Origin: Archangiaceae bacterium
Lineage (GTDB): Bacteria; Myxococcota; Myxococcia; Myxococcales; Myxococcaceae
Direction of reading: 5' to 3'
Length of the DNA: 43,100 nucleotides
Assembly: GCA_043750125.1 (NCBI GenBank)
Contig: JAYVCD010000353.1
Coordinates: forward strand, 1-43,100
Shown: positions 1 through 8,607 of the stretch, piece after piece
How positions within the stretch are numbered: position 1 is the first letter of the stretch
Layout of the letters: every line of letters begins with the position of its first letter
Program-made: the position numbers and the translations under genes
Notes under the pieces: generated by a model
What the model saw: only the letters and a program-made list of their open reading frames with translations
The model's database searches: none
What the model was told of the DNA's origin: nothing

Positions 1-141
1 TTCAGCCGTGGCGACGCTCTCGGCGGTGCTGACGGTGAAGTCCAGCCCGAGAACCGCCTCGAGCGAGATTCGGGTCGACGGATCATCGTCGACGACCAAC
101 ACGCGGCCCGGGCCGGCCAGGGGCTGCGAGCTCGTGACCAT
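1..141 (-). CDS. Response regulator receiver-domain protein (N-terminal part; runs off window edge)
   Basis: Manual translation from ATG 141, which overlaps the TGA of the upstream gene: MVTSSQPLAGPGRVLVVDDDPSTRISLEAVLGLDFTVSTAESVATAE, a receiver start (VLVVDDD). Not in the ORF track. Confidence 0.8.
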   Translation of the reverse strand, partial: MVTSSQPLAGPGRVLVVDDDPSTRISLEAVLGLDFTVSTAESVATAE

Positions 142-515
142 CAGGATTCCACCGCCCGCGTCCGACCCAGGGCGGACTGCAGCTGGCGCAGCATGTCGTC
201 GGGCGCCGCGGCTTTGGTCAAGAACATCGCGACCCCAGAAATCGGCTGAGGGTCATCTCCGCTGAGCATCACGATCACGGCCTGGGGTTGGTCTCGGAGC
301 AAGTCGGGGATCAATTCGGAGCCCAGCCCATCGGTCAAGTGCAGGTCCACGATCGCCAGGTCGTATTGGCCAACGCCAATCTTCAGTCGTCCTTCGGCCA
401 CCGATTCGGCTTCGGCCACCTGGTAGCCCGCGTCTTCCAGCAGCGCCCCGAGCGTGATCCGCGCCGCGAACGCGTCGTCGACCAACAACACTCTGGGTCC
501 GGAAGGCGCGCTCAC
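141..515 (-). CDS. redF: Single-domain response regulator, RedF-like
   Basis: LLVDD, DLAIVDLHLTDGLG (phospho-Asp), MLSG, LTK. GTG at 515 preceded by GAGGA. Position in a redBCDEF-like order. Confidence 0.75.
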   Translation of the reverse strand: MSAPSGPRVLLVDDAFAARITLGALLEDAGYQVAEAESVAEGRLKIGVGQYDLAIVDLHLTDGLGSELIPDLLRDQPQAVIVMLSGDDPQPISGVAMFLTKAAAPDDMLRQLQSALGRTRAVES

Positions 516-516
516 T

Positions 517-1227
517 TCACATCCTCTTGAAGACCAGCCCGACGCTTCCACCTTGCGTCGGGTGGCTGATCTGCAATTCGCCGCCCCAACGCCGCGCGAT
601 GCGCCGGGCGATCTTCAGCCCGACGCCCATTCGTTCTGGCTTGGTCGAGAAAAAAGGTTTCAACAGCAGGGGCACATCGCTCGGTGCGATCCCCGGGCCC
701 GAATCGATCACTTCAATCGCCAGCGCGTTGGGACCGTTCGCGACCTGCACCCGGACCGTGCGATCGGAACTGGCGGCCATCGCTTCGACGGAATTTTCGA
801 CGAGGCAGAAAATTGCCAGCTGAAGCTCGGTCTCGTTGGCCTTGATCATCGCCGTCTGGGCCTCGGGAAGAGTGACCGCGACCGACGCGGGCAGCCGCAG
901 CAACTCGAACAGCGCCGAGGCCGCGGCGATCACGTCGACCTGACTGCTGCCTACGTCTTCGGGTTGGCCGAGCCGAGAGACGAGCATGTCCCCCAGCAAG
1001 CCGAGCTCGTCATCGATCATCTGTAGAAACTTCGGTAGCCGTGCATCTGATTCGAGCACCGTTGGAAAGCCTTCCAGCTTCCGCCGAATGTAGAACGCGC
1101 CGTTGCGGACCGAAGCCAGCTTGCCTCGCACGTCGTGCCGCATCAGCGAGGTGGCTTCTTCGGCAACGAAGGATCGAAGCACGTCCTCGAGGGCCAGCGG
1201 GCAGACGACGCTTCGGGCGGTTCCCAT
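517..1227 (-). CDS. redE: Soluble sensorless histidine kinase-like protein, RedE-like
   Basis: H-box MRHDVRGKL, degenerate N-box CLVENS, G1 DSGPGI, F-box PFFSTK, G2 MGVGL; no transmembrane or sensor domain. Confidence 0.75.
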   Translation of the reverse strand: MGTARSVVCPLALEDVLRSFVAEEATSLMRHDVRGKLASVRNGAFYIRRKLEGFPTVLESDARLPKFLQMIDDELGLLGDMLVSRLGQPEDVGSSQVDVIAAASALFELLRLPASVAVTLPEAQTAMIKANETELQLAIFCLVENSVEAMAASSDRTVRVQVANGPNALAIEVIDSGPGIAPSDVPLLLKPFFSTKPERMGVGLKIARRIARRWGGELQISHPTQGGSVGLVFKRM

Positions 1228-1228
1228 G

Positions 1229-1981
1229 TCAGCTGGCGATGAGACGCATGGGGGCCCCGGCTCTTTCGCCCCGAGCCAGAGCGATCGCGCGGATCAGATC
1301 TCGCATCGCGAACGGCTTTCTCATGAAGGTGTGCATCCCCGCGGCAGCGACCTGGCGAATCATCTCGGGTACGTCGTGGCCCGAGACCGCCACGATGGAG
1401 ATCGACGGGTCGAGCGCACGCACTTTCGCGGTCAGCTCGGCCCCCGACATGCCCGGCATCACCAGGTCCACCACGCACAGGTCGACCTCGCCCGCCTTGA
1501 GCACCTCGATCGCTTCGTCTCCCGAAGTCACCGCGTGCGAACGCAAACCCGAGGCCTGCAGCGCGGCGCTGGTCGATTCGGCTACGTCCTTCATGTCGTC
1601 GATCACCAGCACTACCGGGACGCGGGCCGCGCTGGTCACGGTGCGCAGCGCCTGCTCGACATTGAACGGTTTGGGCAGCACCGCGAACGCTCCCTCTTCG
1701 AGCGCTCCTTTCACCAGCCCTTCGAGCGCAAACCCGGTCATCAACACCACCGGCATGTGCAGCCCGGCCGCGCGCAGTGCACGAAACAGGTCGACTCCAG
1801 TCATCCCCGGCATCCGGATGTCGGTCAGCACCAGGTCGAAGCTCTGGCGGGTGGCCAGCTCGAGCGCCCGTTCGGCATTCGGGGCCTCGACGACCTCGAA
1901 CCCTTCGAGCTCGAGATTCGCGGCGAGCATCGTGCGCAGGTTGTCTTCGTCGTCGACGACCAGGATTTTACGAGGGGTCAT
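1229..1981 (-). CDS. redD: Dual receiver-domain response regulator, RedD-like
   Basis: From ATG 1981 (ATGA overlap): ILVVDDE..DIRMPGMTG..KP and VLVIDD..DLVMPGMSG..KP; no output domain. Confidence 0.8.
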   Translation of the reverse strand: MTPRKILVVDDEDNLRTMLAANLELEGFEVVEAPNAERALELATRQSFDLVLTDIRMPGMTGVDLFRALRAAGLHMPVVLMTGFALEGLVKGALEEGAFAVLPKPFNVEQALRTVTSAARVPVVLVIDDMKDVAESTSAALQASGLRSHAVTSGDEAIEVLKAGEVDLCVVDLVMPGMSGAELTAKVRALDPSISIVAVSGHDVPEMIRQVAAAGMHTFMRKPFAMRDLIRAIALARGERAGAPMRLIAS

Positions 1982-3372
1982 GCCGGCACCGGGGCAGTGA
2001 GGGTGGGAGAGTGAGGCAACTCGACGTGGAACGTGCTGCCTTTGCCGTGATCGCTCGAGACGCTGATCGTGCCCCCATGGCGGCGGACCATGCCGGCGAC
2101 GATCGCCAGGCCCAGTCCGGTGCCCTTGGTCTTGGTGGTGAACAGCGGGAGGAAGATCTTCGGAATGACGTCCTGTGGAATTCCGATTCCGTCGTCGGTG
2201 ATGCTGATCTTCCAGGGGGCGGCGTTTCCCCCTTCGGCCCGAATCGTGACCGACCCCGGCCGTTCGGACGGAATCGATTCGACCGCGTTCTGGATCAGGT
2301 TGATCAGCAGCTGGCGGAACTGTTCCTTGTCCAGCTGCGGAATCGGCAGGCCCTGGGGGACCTCGTTGGTCACCTTCACGTGGGCGCGCACCGGCACCAG
2401 CGACACGGCTTCGTCGATCAGCGGCCAGAGCGGGCAAGGCCGAAGCTCGGGCGGTCGTTCGCGCGCGAAGTCGAGCAGGTCGCTGATGATCCGCGAAGAC
2501 ACCTGAAGCTCGTGGTCCATCAGGTTGAGGAACTGCTTGAAGCGCGGGTCGGCAGAGAGGACCTCGGCGGTGGCCTTCGGGTCGAGGGTGCGCTTGGTGA
2601 TGTAGGCCAGGCCGTTGCGAACCGCGGCGATTGGATTTCGAAGCTCGTGCCCGACGCTGGCCGCCAGTTGGCCGATCTCGGCGAGCTTCGTCAGGCGCTC
2701 GCGGGTTGCGGCGGCCTCGACCAGAGCCACCGCGTTGGCGCGCTCGGTGGCCGAGAGTCCTTCGATCTCGGCCTGGCGATCGGCCACCAATTGGGTCTCT
2801 TGAACGCCGCGCAGACAGGCGAGGATCAACACGATGTCTTCGCAGATCACCCAGAAGGCATGCTCGAGGAAACGCCACCACTCGGGGTTGATGACCCCGT
2901 AAACCGATTCGGACCACAGGATTCCGCGCAGCAGGTGGTCCGCGACGACGACCAGGGTCGACGCGACTACGGCTTTCCAGTTTCGGTAGAAAGCGACGAA
3001 AGCCAACGACGCAAAGATGTGGAAGTGGGTTTCAATTCGCCCGCCGGAAAGGTGAATCAGCAAGGCGCCCCACAGCATCTGGGCGATGGCGACCACGTAT
3101 TGGGTGATCGCGGCGGTCGGGCGGGTGAGCGTGAGGAACAGCGGCAGGCTGCTGATGGCTGCCCCGAGAAAGATCGCGGTGTAGAGGTGGATGTGAACCG
3201 TCTGCACCCGGCCTTCCCACCCGTAGGGCGACCAGAAGGTGGCGATCAGGATTCCGAATACCCACTGAGCGACCATCAGCACCGCGAACACCCGCGAGGT
3301 TCGCCGGTTGTTGGTGGTGAGGTATTCGTCGAACAGCTGCGCTGCCCGCTGCTTCACGTCGGTTTGGGTCAT
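1978..3372 (-). CDS. redC: Membrane-bound sensor histidine kinase, RedC-like
   Basis: Multi-TM N-terminus with GGRIETHFHIF; H-box GHELRNP, NLIQNA, DDGIGI, FTTK, GTGLGL. Confidence 0.85.
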   Translation of the reverse strand: MTQTDVKQRAAQLFDEYLTTNNRRTSRVFAVLMVAQWVFGILIATFWSPYGWEGRVQTVHIHLYTAIFLGAAISSLPLFLTLTRPTAAITQYVVAIAQMLWGALLIHLSGGRIETHFHIFASLAFVAFYRNWKAVVASTLVVVADHLLRGILWSESVYGVINPEWWRFLEHAFWVICEDIVLILACLRGVQETQLVADRQAEIEGLSATERANAVALVEAAATRERLTKLAEIGQLAASVGHELRNPIAAVRNGLAYITKRTLDPKATAEVLSADPRFKQFLNLMDHELQVSSRIISDLLDFARERPPELRPCPLWPLIDEAVSLVPVRAHVKVTNEVPQGLPIPQLDKEQFRQLLINLIQNAVESIPSERPGSVTIRAEGGNAAPWKISITDDGIGIPQDVIPKIFLPLFTTKTKGTGLGLAIVAGMVRRHGGTISVSSDHGKGSTFHVELPHSPTLTAPVPA

Positions 3373-3980
3373 CGTTCCCCTTGTTTTTTGTCAGTCAACT
3401 GACAGCCAAAGACCGGCGCGGCGGCGAGCTCTGATTCACCCGTGGTGACCAGCCCGAAAATTCTCTCGGCCCCGGGGCTGTCGCCTTCATGGCCCCGGGA
3501 CACCGTGATCCCACCCGCGAACTGCAATGTGCCGTCGGCCGCGTAGAGCAACGCCTGGCCCGAAGTGAGACTGCCAAAGCGCCGCGCCTCGATTCCCCCG
3601 CGGTCGACGATGGCCTCTACCCCCGGAATCGCTTTCGCCTGGTCCCACAGGTCCGAGTGTTCCCAGCTTTCCTCTGGGGTGCCCTCGGGGCGAACGAACA
3701 AGACGTGGGTGGACACCCGGGGACCCAAACGGGTGGTGAGCCGTGCCAGCTCAGTCAGCGTGGCGCGGGTGCAGGGGCAGCGCGGGTGGGCCAGCAGGAC
3801 CAGCGTGGGCAGCCCCGATTGCGGGCGGACAATGCTGTCGGTCGGCCATCGCGCCGGAGCCTGCGCCGAAGGGCCGGGGCGGTTCTTGTATTGGGACAGC
3901 GCCGTCAGCGCGCCAGCGACCGCGAGGACCCAGACGGAAACGCCGGCGAGCGTGAGAAGGCGTTTTCTGAATTGGCGCAA
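3369..3980 (-). CDS. redB: RedB-like membrane-anchored thioredoxin-fold protein
   Basis: N-terminal TM, LAHPRCPCTRA motif, C-terminal VFGC. TTG at 3980 preceded by GAGGAG; coupled to the redC-like gene. Confidence 0.7.
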   Translation of the reverse strand: MRQFRKRLLTLAGVSVWVLAVAGALTALSQYKNRPGPSAQAPARWPTDSIVRPQSGLPTLVLLAHPRCPCTRATLTELARLTTRLGPRVSTHVLFVRPEGTPEESWEHSDLWDQAKAIPGVEAIVDRGGIEARRFGSLTSGQALLYAADGTLQFAGGITVSRGHEGDSPGAERIFGLVTTGESELAAAPVFGCQLTDKKQGER

Positions 3981-4112
3981 TGGACTCCTCACTCGGTGCA
4001 GCCTGGTTCCAAAAATACACTGCAAACCAAGGTGGGAGGATAGGCGCTCGTGAGCCCCATAGAGGCAGGCAGATCCGCATGCTTTCCGAGTTTTTGAGTT
4101 CCGCGATCGGTG

Positions 4113-4787
4113 CTACGGGCAGGTTCGGAATTCCCAGCCGCAGGTGCCGGACGCGCCTTTGAGGCACCGTCGGGTATTGCACCCCACCGAGCCGTCACTG
4201 CAGATGCAAGTCGCAGAGCCCAGGGCTGGCCCACACAGACTGTCGCTACAGGTTTCCGCAGCGCAGCGGCCCTGGTCGCAAAGACCTCCATCGCACGGCG
4301 CGGCGCAGGCGACGAACGAAGCCTGCACCGACCCGGTCGTACGCAGCATCGCGCTGATCAGGTGCAAAGCCGCGTCGTAGCTCAGCTGCGGCGCGCGGGT
4401 GCGCTGCACACCCGAAGCATTGACGAGCAGCAGCTCGACCTCGCCGGTGCCCGGGTAGCTCGCGGCCGTGGGAAGGTGCAGCTCGACATCTTTGAGAAAC
4501 GTGAGGGCGGGCCCCAGAACGGCTACTGAGCCCGCCGGTGAATTGGGGGCGCTGGCCACATCGTCCAACCCGAGCTCGAGGGTGAGCGTGGTGTCGACCG
4601 CCAGCGCACCCGAGGGTACGACCAGGCGCAGCCCGCCGAGCTCGACACTCTCGGCGGAAGTGACGCTCAAGGTGCCTCCTTGCGCTGCGGTCATCGCGAC
4701 CGTCTTCAGGTAGCGCGAACCGACGTGCTGGGAAGTGCCGCAGCTGACGAACAGCGCGAACGCCAACAACAAGAGGCGGTTGATCAT
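4113..4787 (-). CDS. Lipoprotein with ZU5-like domain and C-terminal 6-Cys module
   Basis: Lipobox FVSC; GGTL..LVVPSGAL..LGP..F.K.VELHLP resembles ZU5; C-terminal CGPALG..CSDGSVG..C..GTCGWE..CP. Confidence 0.7.
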   Translation of the reverse strand: MINRLLLLAFALFVSCGTSQHVGSRYLKTVAMTAAQGGTLSVTSAESVELGGLRLVVPSGALAVDTTLTLELGLDDVASAPNSPAGSVAVLGPALTFLKDVELHLPTAASYPGTGEVELLLVNASGVQRTRAPQLSYDAALHLISAMLRTTGSVQASFVACAAPCDGGLCDQGRCAAETCSDSLCGPALGSATCICSDGSVGCNTRRCLKGASGTCGWEFRTCP

Positions 4788-6184
4788 GGTCTGGACTCCG
4801 TGGCTTGCCGGGCCTCGTTGCGATGGCGACCCGCGGGGAAGGCTGCCAGATAGGCCACCAGCCGTTTCTGGGCGTCGCTCGGGTGGCCGTCGCGGCCCGC
4901 ACAGACTGCTGCGAAGAACGCGGCGTCGTCGGCTTCACTTCCGCCCTCGCGCACCAGCGCGTCGTACTCGAGCAGCGCTGTGGCGCAGTCCCCCGTTTCG
5001 CGTTCGATGTTCGCGCGCAGCAAGCGGACCTGATTCTTTCTGTCGCTGGAAGCAAAGCGCTTCAAGAAGCTGTTCGCTTCGGTCAGAGCATCGGTGTAGC
5101 CGTTGAGCGCCAGGTGGGTCTCGATCAGGCTCAGCCAGGCGTCCTCCAGCAGCGGCCCATCGCCAAACCGCCGGCGGTATTCCTCGAAGGCGTTGGCCGC
5201 GCCGCGCAGGTCATGGGTCTTGCGAAGCCGCAACAGGCCCAGTTGGTACAGCGCGATCGCTGCGCGGGGAGTGCCGAGGTTTGCCGTTTGCCTCAGCTGC
5301 TGCTCGGCCAACGGTTCGACCGCCTTGCTCGGAACGGCGGAAGGCGGGACCGCGCGAACCGTCGGCACCGGAACGGGCGCCTGATCGGCCCGAACGGGGG
5401 GCGGCGCGGGCGGCAAGTCCGTGGCGGCGGCCGGCGGCTCTGCCACCTGCGCGGTGGGCAGCCTTTGAACCCACCCAAGCTCTTCGGCGGTGGACTCGAG
5501 CGGCGTCGCGTCGACCCCGTACGAAGACCCGCGATGAACCGGGTGCTCGCCTTCGGGCCCGCGCACCACAACCGTGCCCTCAATCACCTGAACCGCGAAC
5601 GGCGAGGCGCGAACGCGGAACACGGTTCCGACCACGGTCACGACGTGACCCGACGCTGTGACCGTGAGGGCCGCACCAGGCGCGCGCTTCGACGAGCTGA
5701 CCAACACCTCACCAGTCTCGAGCCCGAGGTGAATCGCGCCGGCGGGGGTCGAACGAATCGACAGCCGGGTCCCCGGGCCGAGCAGCGCTTTCGCCGTCTC
5801 GAAGCGCATCAAGGCTCGGGCGCCTTCCCCGGTTGTGATGTTTGCCCCGGAAGCCAGCGACGCGCCGAGGGCCAGCGGGTTTCCTCCTTCACCCCAGACG
5901 CTTCCCTGGACCAGGGTGAGCGCGGCCAGCGCGCCGGTCGGTTTTGGTTCGCCCGATGTCCACTGAAGCAGCGCCAGCACGCAGATCATCCCCGCGGCGC
6001 AGGCGCCGGCCAGAACCCCCCATCGCACCGGGCGGGGGTCCCTGCGACCTTCGAGCCGCGCCCAGGCTTTCGTCTCGGCCCCGGGCGGCGGCTGAGGATC
6101 AGGCAACGCACGAAGCAGGGCAGTCACACCCGGCTCTTCGCCGGACTCGACCCACCGTTTGTGCTCGCGCTCGTGCTCACTCAC
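4784..6184 (-). CDS. FecR-family anti-sigma factor with C-terminal TPR repeats
   Basis: Single TM, FecR-like motifs (VTVVGTVFRV, VQVIEGTVVV), Pro-rich linker, TPR helices, YLAAFPAGRH end; adjacent to an ECF sigma factor. Confidence 0.85.
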   Translation of the reverse strand: MSEHEREHKRWVESGEEPGVTALLRALPDPQPPPGAETKAWARLEGRRDPRPVRWGVLAGACAAGMICVLALLQWTSGEPKPTGALAALTLVQGSVWGEGGNPLALGASLASGANITTGEGARALMRFETAKALLGPGTRLSIRSTPAGAIHLGLETGEVLVSSSKRAPGAALTVTASGHVVTVVGTVFRVRASPFAVQVIEGTVVVRGPEGEHPVHRGSSYGVDATPLESTAEELGWVQRLPTAQVAEPPAAATDLPPAPPPVRADQAPVPVPTVRAVPPSAVPSKAVEPLAEQQLRQTANLGTPRAAIALYQLGLLRLRKTHDLRGAANAFEEYRRRFGDGPLLEDAWLSLIETHLALNGYTDALTEANSFLKRFASSDRKNQVRLLRANIERETGDCATALLEYDALVREGGSEADDAAFFAAVCAGRDGHPSDAQKRLVAYLAAFPAGRHRNEARQATESRP

Positions 6185-6803
6185 GTTCGACGACTCCCGA
6201 TTTTTCTGCCAATTCGCGAAATTCCTTTCGCGCGTGAAACAGCCGGGTCCAAACGGTACCCAGGGTGCAGCCGACCCGCTCGGAGATCTGTTCTCCGGTC
6301 AGGCCCTCGAGCTCGAACAGCACAAACACTTCGCGCTTTTTGGGCGACATCTGCTGAAGCGTGCGCGCCACGCTGTGCTCGGCTCGTTTCGAGTCGAGTT
6401 GGTCCTCGGGCGAAGGTCGCACGACTTCGCTGCGACCCCACCAGGAGAAGAGCTTCTCGCGAACCCGCCGTCGCCGGTGGCGGGCGGTGACGATGTTCGC
6501 GGTAATCCGATAGAGCCATGAGGCGAGCTGACCTTCCTTGAAGCGATCTAGGTTTTTGAAAGCGGCGAGAAAGACGTCCTGACACACATCGTCGAGCTCG
6601 GCGGCGGGCGTGCCGAGCCGTCGGGCCATTCGGAAGACGAAGGGGTAGTGCAGCCGGTGCAGATCTCGAAACGCGGTGCGGTCGCCGTTGCGACAGCGGC
6701 TGAGAATCGAAATGTCTGTCGCTCGTTCGTCATCCACGGGACCCCACGGTCCAATGTCGCGACCTCCGGAAAGCTTCATCGGGGAATTCAATGGCTCGTC
6801 CAC
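6177..6803 (-). CDS. ECF RNA polymerase sigma factor
   Basis: GDRTAF, DDVCQDVF, SWLYRITAN (region 2); REVFVLFELEGL..GTVWTRLFHARK (region 4). Exact start uncertain. Confidence 0.92.
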   Translation of the reverse strand: MDEPLNSPMKLSGGRDIGPWGPVDDERATDISILSRCRNGDRTAFRDLHRLHYPFVFRMARRLGTPAAELDDVCQDVFLAAFKNLDRFKEGQLASWLYRITANIVTARHRRRRVREKLFSWWGRSEVVRPSPEDQLDSKRAEHSVARTLQQMSPKKREVFVLFELEGLTGEQISERVGCTLGTVWTRLFHARKEFRELAEKSGVVERE

Positions 6804-7828
6804 CCGAGCTCAAGCGCGAGGCAGACACTGAAGGGCGAGGTGCGGAAAGAGGCGGTCGTTCCCTCTACATCGAAGGTGTTGGATCCCACGGGAAACAGGG
6901 CCTGGAGGACCAACCCAATCGCAAAGCCGGCGGGCCCCGGCGCGAGCGCGTGAAGGACGACTCCAAGCTCGGGCAGCACCCCCAGTCCTTGCTGGGCCCG
7001 ATTGAAGGTCCCTTGTGGACTGACGACGGTGACCAGCGCACCGGCCGCGAGCTGTGCCGAGAATTGGATGATTCGCCAACGCAGCTGGGCACCTGCCGCT
7101 GCCACCGCATGCACCTGCCAGGGGGTGAAACTTCCCACCGTGCGTTTTTGAATCACGACCGGATGGGACGGCAACAAAGGCACTTCGGACATCAGGCCCA
7201 CGCGCCACAGCCCCCGCTTGAGCGCGAGCTCGACACCGAACGTGGGAGCAAGCCCGGAATCGGTGAGCGCTCCCCCGAGGGTGGCTTCACCGTCAAACCC
7301 GAGAGCCGACGGCGGGCCACCCTCAAGGCTCGAGGGCGGGGGTAATTGGGGGACTCCGCCGTCTGCGGCAGGCAGCAGAGGCGTGGCGGCGGGCCCCACA
7401 TCCGAGGCCGGCGGTGCGGGGGACGCCTCAGGTAGGGCCTTGGGCGAGGCTGAGGAAATTTCGGGAGTGGGAACAGACCTGCTGCTCTGCGTCTCGAGCG
7501 AGCTGGTGCCCGACCAGCCCACGTCGGTCACGAACCGGTCGATGATCAGTGAGCTGATCTCGATCAAGTCCGAGCATGCGAGCAGTCCAAGCTTTCGCTC
7601 GAGGACCTGCTTCCCGTGTCGTTCGATTCGAAGCACCGGCGGCGTGCTTTCGAAGCCGACAGTGACTGACAATTCAGGCTCTGGAGACAATGCGAGGTTC
7701 AGGTCGGTCAGGCTGCGCGAAAGCTGCGATTGAAACGAGCACCCGGCCGGAGGACTGCCGCGAACCTGAACCCAGAGCGTGGGCTTGACCGGTGCGACCC
7801 ACAGCACGAGAGCAAGCCAGGCGGTCAC
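6788..7828 (-). CDS. Hypothetical exported protein with Pro-rich linker and probable C-terminal beta-barrel
   Basis: Hydrophobic N-terminus, Pro/Ser linker, amphipathic beta-strands ending LALELGW; same operon as the ECF gene. Confidence 0.65.
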   Translation of the reverse strand: MTAWLALVLWVAPVKPTLWVQVRGSPPAGCSFQSQLSRSLTDLNLALSPEPELSVTVGFESTPPVLRIERHGKQVLERKLGLLACSDLIEISSLIIDRFVTDVGWSGTSSLETQSSRSVPTPEISSASPKALPEASPAPPASDVGPAATPLLPAADGGVPQLPPPSSLEGGPPSALGFDGEATLGGALTDSGLAPTFGVELALKRGLWRVGLMSEVPLLPSHPVVIQKRTVGSFTPWQVHAVAAAGAQLRWRIIQFSAQLAAGALVTVVSPQGTFNRAQQGLGVLPELGVVLHALAPGPAGFAIGLVLQALFPVGSNTFDVEGTTASFRTSPFSVCLALELGWTSH

Positions 7829-7834
7829 CGAAGA

Positions 7835-7840
7835 ATTGTA
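7835..7840 (-). promoter_or_regulatory. Putative -10 element (TACAAT) 6 nt before GTG 7828, leaderless-type
   Basis: TACAAT-N6-GTG with no Shine-Dalgarno sequence. Confidence 0.4.
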
Positions 7841-7921
7841 CAGCAGAAGGTCTGACCCTCTGGGTCAACCTGCAGACCGCACCCGCGCACCTCGCGCGGG
7901 AAGCGGCCGCTGCCCTTCAGC

Positions 7922-8476
7922 TCAAGGGCAGGCGCGAATTTCCCAGTGGCAGGTTCCATTGGCCGGCTGGCACTTGCCGGTGTTGCCGCCCACACTGCCA
8001 TCGGCGCAAATCTGGGAGAGCAGCCCGAGCGCCGGGCCGCAGGACCCAGCGGGGCAGACCGCCGGGGCAGGGCACGACCGGATTTCCCAGTGGCAGGTTC
8101 CATTGGCCGCCGGCAGGCACTTTCCGGTGTTGCCGCCCACACTGCCATCGGCGCAAATCTGGGAGAGCAGCCCGAGCGCCGGGCCACACGCTCCGGGCTG
8201 GCACACCGGGGTGGGCGCGGGGCATTGGCGCACTTCCCAATGACAGGTGCCGTTCTGAGTATCGGCGAGGCAGCGGCCGGTGTTTCCGCCGACGCTGCCA
8301 TCGGAACATTGGAGCGTGGGCATCCCCAACGCGGGCCCACACCGTCGAGGTACACAGCTTCCGGACCGGAGCTCGTCCTGGGTTGCAGCGACGTCGTCGC
8401 CGGTGGGAACGCTCTCGTTTCCTACTCCGCAAGCAACCCAACACAGCGCAGCCAGGCCAAGCAGCAGTCGATTCAT
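7922..8476 (-). CDS. Cys-rich repeat lipoprotein (three copies of a ~48-aa 6-Cys module)
   Basis: ATG 8476 with GGAG RBS, lipobox WVAC; C..CGPALG..C.DGSVGGNTG.C..NGTCHWE.R.CP three times. Confidence 0.85.
   Translation of the reverse strand: MNRLLLGLAALCWVACGVGNESVPTGDDVAATQDELRSGSCVPRRCGPALGMPTLQCSDGSVGGNTGRCLADTQNGTCHWEVRQCPAPTPVCQPGACGPALGLLSQICADGSVGGNTGKCLPAANGTCHWEIRSCPAPAVCPAGSCGPALGLLSQICADGSVGGNTGKCQPANGTCHWEIRACP
7925..8356. repeat. Three intragenic direct repeats (~144-150 bp period)
   Basis: Near-identical DNA blocks, e.g. 7971-8038 versus 8118-8185; third copy more diverged. Confidence 0.85.
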
Positions 8477-8573
8477 GGTGTTTCTCCGTTTTTTTTCGGT
8501 TTTGAGGAGTGGGACTTCCATTGAGGAATTTCCCCACCGCGCAAAACCTTCATCGAAATCGACGGGGCCGTTT

Positions 8574-8606
8574 CGGGCGCCGGGCGCCGGGCGCCGGGCG
8601 CCGGCG
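8574..8606. repeat. Intergenic heptamer tandem repeat (CGGGCGC)x4 plus a partial copy
   Basis: Directly visible just after the permease stop codon. Confidence 0.85.
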
Positions 8607-8607
8607 T

